Virus record (IMG/VR): IMGVR_UViG_3300009537_000050
Coordinates: 1-42,175 of that record
Length of the DNA: 42,175 bases
Direction: 5' to 3' (one strand)
Source of the DNA: a virus
Below the pieces are notes generated by a model. The model was not told the origin of the DNA. It ran no database searches and saw nothing but the letters and a program-made list of their open reading frames with translations. Position 1 is the first letter of the stretch; each line of letters starts with the position of its first letter. The position numbers and the translations under genes are program-made. Positions 35,821-42,175 of the stretch are shown piece by piece.

Positions 35821-36784
35821 GTTCTGCAAAACGGTCACTATCTTTGAAGGTCCTGACGGAAGCGGTAAGACGACAGCAGCTGCGTACTACGCCGACGTTA
35901 TAGGCGCACGCTACGTTCATCTAGGTCCGTTTACCGGCGTCAACCGATGTCTTGCCCGTCTCTACATCGAGGCTATGCTTCCAGCGTTGTACGGGTATCA
36001 GGACGTGGTACTCGACCGTTCATGGTTGAGTGAGGGAATCTACGGAGCCGTGTATCGTGACGGCGCGGATAGGATTCGTGCGTGGCGTCGACGAATGTTG
36101 GAACGTGTAGCGATGAAGTGTGAAGCTCAGGTTGTCCTCTGCCTTCCCGGAATCAATAGATGCGTTTCAAACTTCAACGCGCGTAGAAACCTTGGTGGAG
36201 AATACCTGGATACTGAAGACCACCTTCGGGCTGTTTATCTTGGATACGAGGAGGCGCACGAATCAGGAGAATTTACTGACCTCCAAACGCACCTTTACGA
36301 TTACGAAACGAACTCAGAAACAGACCTCAAGGAGTTGCGCGGCACTCATCCTACGCACCCAGTGCGCGACGTTACGGGAGGAAACCTTGATGCTCCGTTC
36401 GTTATCGTTGGAGATAGCGTTGAAGCTACGCGAGAGCATGACTCACTGTTCAAAGCGCCGTTCGTATCTTTCGGCGGAAAGTGTAGCGCCGCTTGGATTA
36501 CCTCTCGCCTGCAAGCTGCGAAAATCAAGGAGCACGAACTTCTGTGGATTTCCACAGAGAACAACTGCCTCGAACACGTGGAAGAACTTTTGGATACAGC
36601 TCCGCGTGAACACGTCTTCGCACTTGGGCGGGACGCAGCGTTGCTGTTAGCTGATACTGAGTACCCTTTCATGATGGTTAACCACCCTCAACACGCCCGT
36701 AAATTCGGGATGAACAAGGGTTACAAACTCATCAAAGCAATTTTGAAAGTGCGTACGTTGAAAGCGCTAGGGGGTAATAGGTAA
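35813..36784 (+). CDS. Fusion of a thymidylate-kinase-like dNMP kinase with a UDG-fold domain (323 aa)
   Basis: N-terminal domain: IFEGPDGSGKTT P-loop and LDRSWLS (DR motif). C-terminal domain: APFVIVGDSVEATREHDSLFKAPFVSFGG and VNHPQHARKF are laid out like UDG family 4 motifs A (GEAPG...PFVG.AG) and B (HPS...), but with the catalytic motif altered. Confidence 0.6.
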   Translation: MGEFCKTVTIFEGPDGSGKTTAAAYYADVIGARYVHLGPFTGVNRCLARLYIEAMLPALYGYQDVVLDRSWLSEGIYGAVYRDGADRIRAWRRRMLERVAMKCEAQVVLCLPGINRCVSNFNARRNLGGEYLDTEDHLRAVYLGYEEAHESGEFTDLQTHLYDYETNSETDLKELRGTHPTHPVRDVTGGNLDAPFVIVGDSVEATREHDSLFKAPFVSFGGKCSAAWITSRLQAAKIKEHELLWISTENNCLEHVEELLDTAPREHVFALGRDAALLLADTEYPFMMVNHPQHARKFGMNKGYKLIKAILKVRTLKALGGNR

Positions 36785-37605
36785 TGAGAGCCCTGGTTGG
36801 AGACGAGGCCTGGAGAAACCAACTTGCACGTATCATAGAACATGGTCGCGAGACCTCTCCGCGCAGTCAGGATACGTTGGAGATTCTTCAAGATACGAAT
36901 ATCCACATCGATATGAATAGTCCGGTTGTAACGACACCGGATAGGAAACTCAACTATCGATTCATGTGCGCTGAAGCTCTGTGGATTTTGGGAGGAGATA
37001 ACAGACTGGAACCGTTGACACGTTTCATCAAACGGATGGCGAAGTTCTCTGACGACGGCGAGACGCTCGCGGGAGCGTACGGTCCGAAGATAATTCCACA
37101 ACTCAACTACGTCGTCAGTAAACTTTTAGAAGATAAGGACACGCGTCAAGCAGTCTTGACAATTTGGGAGAGAAACCCGCAACCGTCGAAAGACATTCCA
37201 TGTACTGTCTCGATGTCCTTCACGATACGTAATGGGCTCCTCAACCAACACGTCTATATGAGGTCCTCAGATACGTGGCTTGGAATTCCTTACGACATGT
37301 TTTCATTCGCCTGCGTAGGTTTACGCGTAGCGTGCGAATACAATGAACGTCGAATCTATGTCCAGGGTTATAGGCATGGAACGGTGCTTCCAGGAACGTT
37401 GACGATTTCTCCAACGTCTTCGCACCTCTATATGAAGGACTGGCAGAAAGCAAAAGACATTCTGTTCAAGCCCGTCCCGCAGGATATCGAACCCGTGCCA
37501 AACGAGATTATCAAGTATGGGCGGTTCGATTACATCCAACGGTCACTCCTAGCTGTACGCGAAGGGCAAAGACTTTCGCCAGACATGTGGAGGTGCGTAC
37601 CATGA
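36784..37605 (+). CDS. Thymidylate-synthase-family pyrimidine-C5 enzyme with Asp at the Asn177-equivalent position (dCMP hydroxymethylase/methylase candidate)
   Basis: CAEALWILGG (Glu58 region), IPCT (catalytic Cys), and YMRSSDTWLGIPYDMFSF aligned to ThyA YQRSCDVFLGLPFNIASY. Confidence 0.75.
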   Translation: MRALVGDEAWRNQLARIIEHGRETSPRSQDTLEILQDTNIHIDMNSPVVTTPDRKLNYRFMCAEALWILGGDNRLEPLTRFIKRMAKFSDDGETLAGAYGPKIIPQLNYVVSKLLEDKDTRQAVLTIWERNPQPSKDIPCTVSMSFTIRNGLLNQHVYMRSSDTWLGIPYDMFSFACVGLRVACEYNERRIYVQGYRHGTVLPGTLTISPTSSHLYMKDWQKAKDILFKPVPQDIEPVPNEIIKYGRFDYIQRSLLAVREGQRLSPDMWRCVP

Positions 37606-38156
37606 GAATGACGCGCGAAGAGTGGGCGCTCCGTATCGCTGAGGTTGTGGCGATGCGTGCTACGTGTGTGCGTCGACGGGTCGGTTGTGTTCTAACAGAC
37701 AAACATGGTCGAATCCTAGCGACGGGGTACAACGGGGTTGCCACAGGACTTCCACACTGCACTGAAGGACATCCCTGCAAAGGAGCTAACGCGAAGACGG
37801 GGGAGGACCTCGACAACTGTGAGGCTATCCATGCAGAACAGAACGCGCTGCTCCAATGTCAGGATACTCAGAGGATTCACACGTGTTACGTTACGGTATC
37901 TCCATGCATTACGTGTACCAAGCTATTGCTCAACACGTCATGTAGGCGTATCGTATTCATTGAGATGTACGGCGGAGAACCGTGTCCAAGGGAGCTTTGG
38001 AAAAGAAGCGACGACCGGAGACTTTGGTTCTCTGAGCGTTTGAGGACGGAGGTGCAACATGTTAAACAGGGCGGAGAAAGACCGCCCGCACCTTCCGACC
38101 ACGACGACAATCCTGAGATTCCAGATTACGGAAACCTCACGTACTGGCGTTGCTAA
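37602..38156 (+). CDS. dCMP deaminase (184 aa from the coupled ATG)
   Basis: HAEQNAL and PCITCTKLL zinc motifs in a ComEB/dCMP-deaminase layout. The ATG at 37602 overlaps the upstream stop (ATGA) and has GGAGGT 7 nt upstream. Confidence 0.85.
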   Translation: MRMTREEWALRIAEVVAMRATCVRRRVGCVLTDKHGRILATGYNGVATGLPHCTEGHPCKGANAKTGEDLDNCEAIHAEQNALLQCQDTQRIHTCYVTVSPCITCTKLLLNTSCRRIVFIEMYGGEPCPRELWKRSDDRRLWFSERLRTEVQHVKQGGERPPAPSDHDDNPEIPDYGNLTYWRC

Positions 38157-38431
38157 TGTCTCAACGCGGCGAAATCTCTCGCGCTGCGGAGCGAGAATTG
38201 AAACGGCTCTATAGAGGTCAGTCGCGTGTGGTTGAAGATATCAATTGGAATCTGATGGGTGCTTTGACACGACGCGAGTTTGTAACAGTGGATTACCGCT
38301 CGCGTCGTGTCACGCTCACCTACCTGGGCAAGACTGTAGCGCTAGGAATCATTTGTCGCGAAACCCACCAGACTGGATGTTGTCCTGCGAGGCTTAGACC
38401 TGTACGCAAGGAAACGCTCCCACGGGAATAG
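38156..38431 (+). CDS. Hypothetical small protein, possibly winged-helix-like (91 aa)
   Basis: TAATG coupling to the deaminase. The last about 30 codons overlap the 3' end of the convergent endolysin gene. Confidence 0.45.
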   Translation: MSQRGEISRAAERELKRLYRGQSRVVEDINWNLMGALTRREFVTVDYRSRRVTLTYLGKTVALGIICRETHQTGCCPARLRPVRKETLPRE

Positions 38432-39010
38432 CGGTCCAGGGTCCATCTTCCTACCGAACGGCATTCCTACCTCCTCGTGTCCTACGAGGTCGACCAGATA
38501 CCCTGCCTCAGAGAGCTTCGCTAGAAGCTCCTCCAGACCCGCTAGTTGCGCCTCTGGAAACGGCTCCCAGTAGCCTACGATACGACGCCCGTCATCGTAC
38601 TCTAGCGCCGCAGAAATAGGCCTAGGGCCGTCGTAGCGATATAACCGACCTGCTACCTCGTACCAGAACCCTCCGACGTCCCTAGTCAGCATTCCGAGGT
38701 TCGCTAGCTCGATACCGATAGAGAATCGGTTGACGTTCGAACAGGTCTCTCCGCGGTACGTCCATTCAGATGCTCCTGCGTGCCAAGCAGCTTTGTCGAG
38801 ACGTACGAGCTGCGCTTGTAGTCCATCACGGAACACGTAGAAGTGCGACGACCGTTTAGCCTTGGGCGTACAAAGCCAACCGGCGTTACGTCTCCCGTCA
38901 GAACCCGCGTCATAATGGATAACAGTTGTCTCAGGTTCGTACCCGTCACGACCGGAACAGTTCGGCGAATTACGGTGGACGAGTCCACCAATGAGTGGTT
39001 CTTTCACCAT
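38342..39010 (-). CDS. Endolysin, N-acetylmuramoyl-L-alanine amidase (Amidase_2/PGRP type)
   Basis: VIHYDAGS...HFYVFRDG...AWHAG...NRFSIGIELAN...HEEV...DPGPLFPW follows the T7-lysozyme-type pattern. The first ATG is at 39010; the ORF track uses TTG 39076. Confidence 0.85.
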   Translation of the reverse strand: MVKEPLIGGLVHRNSPNCSGRDGYEPETTVIHYDAGSDGRRNAGWLCTPKAKRSSHFYVFRDGLQAQLVRLDKAAWHAGASEWTYRGETCSNVNRFSIGIELANLGMLTRDVGGFWYEVAGRLYRYDGPRPISAALEYDDGRRIVGYWEPFPEAQLAGLEELLAKLSEAGYLVDLVGHEEVGMPFGRKMDPGPLFPWERFLAYRSKPRRTTSSLVGFATNDS

Positions 39011-39230
39011 CTGTATCTTACCCCCGCGACAGCCCCCGCGTTCCAATCTTTCCAGGTTGCATCGTACGATGTCCAAGCAGAACCCGTGATTGATAACGCA
39101 CGCGACACGCGCGCCTCGAGGTCCAACGACATTCTGGGTCCACGCTTATCGGCACCCGCAACAAAGTCTAAGGTCCCGGAACCCGGGACCAAAGACGTTT
39201 CTGCGTTGTCCAATTTTGCGTAGACCCCTT

Positions 39231-39539
39231 CTAAGGGTTTTCAGTAAAGCTCTCGATACGCACCGCTGGAGAGTTCTTCGCGGCTAGGGCAATAGCTTTA
39301 CCCTTGATATCGGCAACCTTAGTTACCGTACGGGAGGCGGTATAGCCGAGGAAGGACAAAATCGAAATGATACCTGCGACAACTTTGTCGTCGGCCTCTG
39401 TTTCAGTAATGCCGAGCAGTCCACTTGCAACGACCATAGCCAAGAGTTGTGCTAGAAGCGTCAACCAAAACTCAGTTGTTTTGTAACCGGGCTTCGGCTG
39501 TTCGGCTTTGAGCGTAACCATCTTTCCTTCTACTTCCAT
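39231..39539 (-). CDS. Holin candidate (102 aa, two predicted TM helices)
   Basis: The ATG at 39539 has AGGAGG 7 nt upstream. TEFWLTLLAQLLAMVVASGLLGI and VVAGIISILSFLGYTA are hydrophobic helices. Lies just upstream of the endolysin. Confidence 0.6.
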   Translation of the reverse strand: MEVEGKMVTLKAEQPKPGYKTTEFWLTLLAQLLAMVVASGLLGITETEADDKVVAGIISILSFLGYTASRTVTKVADIKGKAIALAAKNSPAVRIESFTENP

Positions 39540-39549
39540 GACCAACCTC

Positions 39550-39903
39550 CTAGGGCGTACCCTGTTTGACAGTACGCAACGTGCGCAACTGTACCTCATA
39601 AAGCTTTTTCATCTGTTCGCGGTCCTGTTCTCGCTGCTCCTTCTGTTCCTCTTGAACAGCCTTGATAGCTTCTTGGTTTGTCGTAATGGCTTGCATCATA
39701 TTCTTGTGCTGCTCTATCTCGACGGTCTTATGTGCTTCAAGCTTCGCACCCTCTTCGGCAACAGCCGTCTGAACGTCAGTCTTCGTTGCTAAGTCTTTCA
39801 ACGTCGGAAGACCTGTAAAGGCAGAGAACCCAAGCAACGTTGTTAACACAACAGAGATGAGCGCTAGAGCTTTCCAAAAACCTTCTTTCTTCGTGTTCGT
39901 CAT
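39550..39903 (-). CDS. N-terminally anchored coiled-coil protein (i-spanin-like), 117 aa
   Basis: The ATG at 39903 overlaps the upstream stop (ATGA). TM helix FWKALALISVVLTTLLGFSAF, then a charged coiled coil. Confidence 0.5.
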   Translation of the reverse strand: MTNTKKEGFWKALALISVVLTTLLGFSAFTGLPTLKDLATKTDVQTAVAEEGAKLEAHKTVEIEQHKNMMQAITTNQEAIKAVQEEQKEQREQDREQMKKLYEVQLRTLRTVKQGTP

Positions 39904-40592
39904 GCCGGTGCACTCTCCCATACCTGTACGTCTGAAGGCGCTGCGCGCGTTGCTATCTCATCACTCAGGTCTTTCAGGTCGTCTCCGTCAACTCCCCGGA
40001 TGTTGCTTTCTACAACACTCAATTTTCTATCGACGTCACCACCTTTGAACCGCGTAGCGTCGCTGAGGATTGCATCGCGGATAGCGTTAAGGAATGACGT
40101 AGCAGCAGCACCGGAAGTTAGGGCGTCAGTTGCGAACTTGGCTGAAGTGAGAACGTTGCTAGCAAGCTTCGCTGCGGTAATGAAATTATCAGCCACGACC
40201 GTCGACGTAATAGCATTCGCAGCGAACGAAGCAGCCGCGATAGCGCCGGCCGTAATCGAAGCAACGTTTACGTCTGGGGTAGCAGCTACGACAGTCACAA
40301 AAGTTCCAAACGCCTCTAGAGTGTTTGCGCTCTTGTACCTAGGTTGTATAGCGTCCCTGATTGAACCGTTGACAGCTGCTTGAGTCAGCTCTGCGTAGTA
40401 CCAACCATCGCCAAGTGTGTTTAACGTACCGATACCGGTAGACGTAAAGGCCCCGCCGTTTGTGGATATCTCCGGCTGGCCAGTGTCTTCGCCCGTCTCT
40501 GGTGTTTGACCGTCTGTAGCATCTACACAGAAGAAATAGACCCTACGAAGCGCAGCGGTTGATTCGTTAAGATTTATATCTCTCGTAGACAT
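39900..40592 (-). CDS. Fibre-like structural protein (230 aa)
   Basis: Ala/Thr-rich periodic segment (ITAGAIAAASFAANAITSTVVADNFITAAKLASNVLTSAKFATDALTS), as seen in fibre shafts. TAATG coupling. Confidence 0.45.
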   Translation of the reverse strand: MSTRDINLNESTAALRRVYFFCVDATDGQTPETGEDTGQPEISTNGGAFTSTGIGTLNTLGDGWYYAELTQAAVNGSIRDAIQPRYKSANTLEAFGTFVTVVAATPDVNVASITAGAIAAASFAANAITSTVVADNFITAAKLASNVLTSAKFATDALTSGAAATSFLNAIRDAILSDATRFKGGDVDRKLSVVESNIRGVDGDDLKDLSDEIATRAAPSDVQVWESAPA

Positions 40593-41971
40593 TAGAAGGC
40601 CCCTCTAACGATGTGGTTATAGTAGTAAGCCGCAACCCAATCGACTTCGACCGATGGGCGCAGACCTGCGTTTGGGTGGTCGATATTGTTGGTTACCCAG
40701 TTATTTGTGGGGGCCCATACACCGCGACCAACCCAACCATTAGTGTAAGCGGTCTGGGCACGTAAGGCATTAAGCATGGCAACCGGCAAGGAAAACGTCT
40801 GAAAGCCCGGGGCGGTCCATAGGGAAACGTCGATTACTAGGAACGCGGTTACGGCTCTATCAACTCCAGCGTGGTCCGCACCCACGTTGCTCCAGGTGGC
40901 GGATGCGTCGTGGTCTGTATGGGTCCAGTCGACGTTGTTTGTGGCTGCAACGCCTGCGCCCGTCCCCATGTTGTAGGACTTCAGTAGTTCGTGGCAGTTA
41001 ACCACGTCACCGGCGCTCGCCCAGCCGCTAGTGTCTCCGGCCCTAATAATCCAGCGACCGGCAGAAATTGACCCCTCGGGCAATACGCTAGGGTCCAACT
41101 TCCAAAGTGCTCGGCGTATATTCCCCGCTGTCGGGTTTACGTTCGAAGATGTCGCACCACCGTAGTTGAAGTGGTTGGCCGTTTGATAAATGGCTCCGTC
41201 CTCGTAGCCGCCACTGCTTTCGTCAATTATAGTCGTTGGGTCTAGAACCCCGTCCCCTACTGCGTTCGTTATGTCAGCTCGGTAGGTAAGGCGCTGCCAA
41301 CCCCCACCAACATCTGAAAGTACCGATTCACAAGGTAGGTTAGGTTCGAACTCTGAGCCGTTCGAATCCCAACCAACTAGGTTACGTGTGACGAACATCG
41401 AACGGTTATCGCGATTGCGTATCGTGTGGATTCCGTCGGACCTCTGTTCAATACGACAACCGGCTGAAGGTCTGGTCAAGAATGAACGTTCGAAGATGTT
41501 GCCTTCTTCAGCGCGGCGACCTGCGAAGTCCTGAATCTCTAGACTGTCTTTGTAGGTGTTACCACCATGGATGCTAGACCATTTCACACCATCCCAAAGT
41601 TCATCGTATTCGAGCGTAGTGCCGTTGACTTCAACATCTGTAGGGTTCGGGTTCTCTGCTACCATAACCCTTCGAACGCTGGGGTCGTTCGCAACTTGGA
41701 AAGCAACGGTAGCTCTTTTGCCAGCGTCTAGCGCGTCTCGTGCGAAGACTTGAATGGGTGACTTAGAAGACGAGTGGGTTAGCTGTCCTGAACCTTGGTA
41801 GCCTTGCCCGTTGTCTTCAACGAACCCCGGAATGGTCTCTTCATAGCCAGTTTCTGGGTCCGCGTTTGGTGGTAGGTAGTTGCTTCCGTTTCTAATAGAA
41901 CGTGTATAACCGCCCCCAGACATATTAGGTCTGTCGGTATAGTTCGCGCTGCGTCCAGGGGCGGCTGTCAT
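40592..41971 (-). CDS. Large late protein, unknown function; fibre or receptor-binding candidate (459 aa)
   Basis: Coupled within the late operon. Gly/Asn/Trp-rich, beta-type composition. No family recognised. Confidence 0.45.
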   Translation of the reverse strand: MTAAPGRSANYTDRPNMSGGGYTRSIRNGSNYLPPNADPETGYEETIPGFVEDNGQGYQGSGQLTHSSSKSPIQVFARDALDAGKRATVAFQVANDPSVRRVMVAENPNPTDVEVNGTTLEYDELWDGVKWSSIHGGNTYKDSLEIQDFAGRRAEEGNIFERSFLTRPSAGCRIEQRSDGIHTIRNRDNRSMFVTRNLVGWDSNGSEFEPNLPCESVLSDVGGGWQRLTYRADITNAVGDGVLDPTTIIDESSGGYEDGAIYQTANHFNYGGATSSNVNPTAGNIRRALWKLDPSVLPEGSISAGRWIIRAGDTSGWASAGDVVNCHELLKSYNMGTGAGVAATNNVDWTHTDHDASATWSNVGADHAGVDRAVTAFLVIDVSLWTAPGFQTFSLPVAMLNALRAQTAYTNGWVGRGVWAPTNNWVTNNIDHPNAGLRPSVEVDWVAAYYYNHIVRGAF

Positions 41972-42175
41972 TACTCTACCTGACCAACTATGTTCTTACC
42001 GACTAGAACCGCGTCGCCTGGCGTAGCCGTTGCGAGACCTAGGGCCATAGCGTGGAACTCCCCAGCACCGTCGCCACGCCATGCACAGACGCGGACGATA
42101 TCGGCACGGTTACCGGCCCAAACGTTAGCGGCAATGAACGCATCAGCAATCGAAGCCGCTTGCGCTCCGGTGATA
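41971..42175 (-). CDS. 3' part of the 107-aa wrap-around ORF (continues from 1..218)
   Basis: The frame is continuous across the junction 1/42076. The TAA at 41973-41971 overlaps the ATG of the next gene. Confidence 0.6.
   Translation of the reverse strand, partial: ITGAQAASIADAFIAANVWAGNRADIVRVCAWRGDGAGEFHAMALGLATATPGDAVLVGKNIVGQVE
42077..42175. repeat. Second copy of the 99-bp terminal direct repeat
   Basis: Exact match to bases 1-99. Confidence 0.95.

Noticed and set aside
39004-39213. 69-aa ORF (TTG start) in the holin-endolysin gap, considered as a possible o-spanin or lysis regulator.
   Set aside because: It has no Cys or lipobox, no hydrophobic segment and only a weak RBS. It may still be a real small gene, but I cannot support it.
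39550-39903. Searched for an embedded Rz1-like o-spanin in the alternate frames of the i-spanin-like gene.
   Set aside because: Hand translation of both alternate frames gives only short stop-interrupted peptides, with no start codon plus lipobox.
1-42175. Looked for an integrase, CI/Cro-type repressor, tRNA genes, CRISPR arrays, a reverse transcriptase/DGR and toxin-antitoxin pairs.
   Set aside because: None was recognisable by eye. The intergenic spaces are too short or too unstructured for tRNAs. Absence by manual inspection is not proof, and tRNAscan or profile searches should confirm it.

Overview
The window is a complete tailed-phage genome, siphovirus-like, with about 42,076 unique bp. 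Bases 1-99 repeat exactly at 42077-42175, and one ORF is intact only across that junction, so the contig closes on itself.

Layout: a divergent control region (about 20474-20943) carries phased GTTAC/GTAAC iterons and separates two arms.

(i) Leftward late operon: terS, terL, MuF-like, portal, Com-like Zn ribbon, protease-scaffold, decoration protein, major capsid, connector proteins, tail tube, G/GT chaperones with a G_GGA_AAA slippery site, tape measure, distal tail/hub/fibre genes and three proteins with export signals. It continues across the window ends into two fibre-like genes and a lysis cassette ending at 38342.

(ii) Rightward early/middle genes: primase-helicase, a block of small Cys-rich orphan ORFs, a mini-DnaJ, two Lys-rich histone-like paralogues, family A DNA polymerase, Cas4-like and VRR-NUC nucleases and an SNF2 helicase. 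Intrinsic terminators at about 26.4 kb and 33.4 kb divide these genes into units.

I saw no integrase, repressor, tRNA or CRISPR array, so the phage is probably virulent.

Most interesting observations:
(a) A six-gene, translationally coupled nucleotide/DNA-modification operon at 33461-38156. It encodes a class I SAM methyltransferase, a C5-MTase-like enzyme with a degenerate SAM loop, a MazG-like NTP pyrophosphatase, a TMP-kinase-like domain fused to a UDG-fold domain, a ThyA homologue with the Asn-to-Asp dCMP-specificity switch, and a dCMP deaminase. I read this as a candidate undescribed cytosine replacement or hypermodification pathway.
(b) In a full manual read I found no GATC tetranucleotide anywhere in the window.
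(c) The portal carries a C-terminal excisionase-type HTH and is followed by a Com-type zinc ribbon.

All functional calls come from motif recognition by eye. No database search was run.
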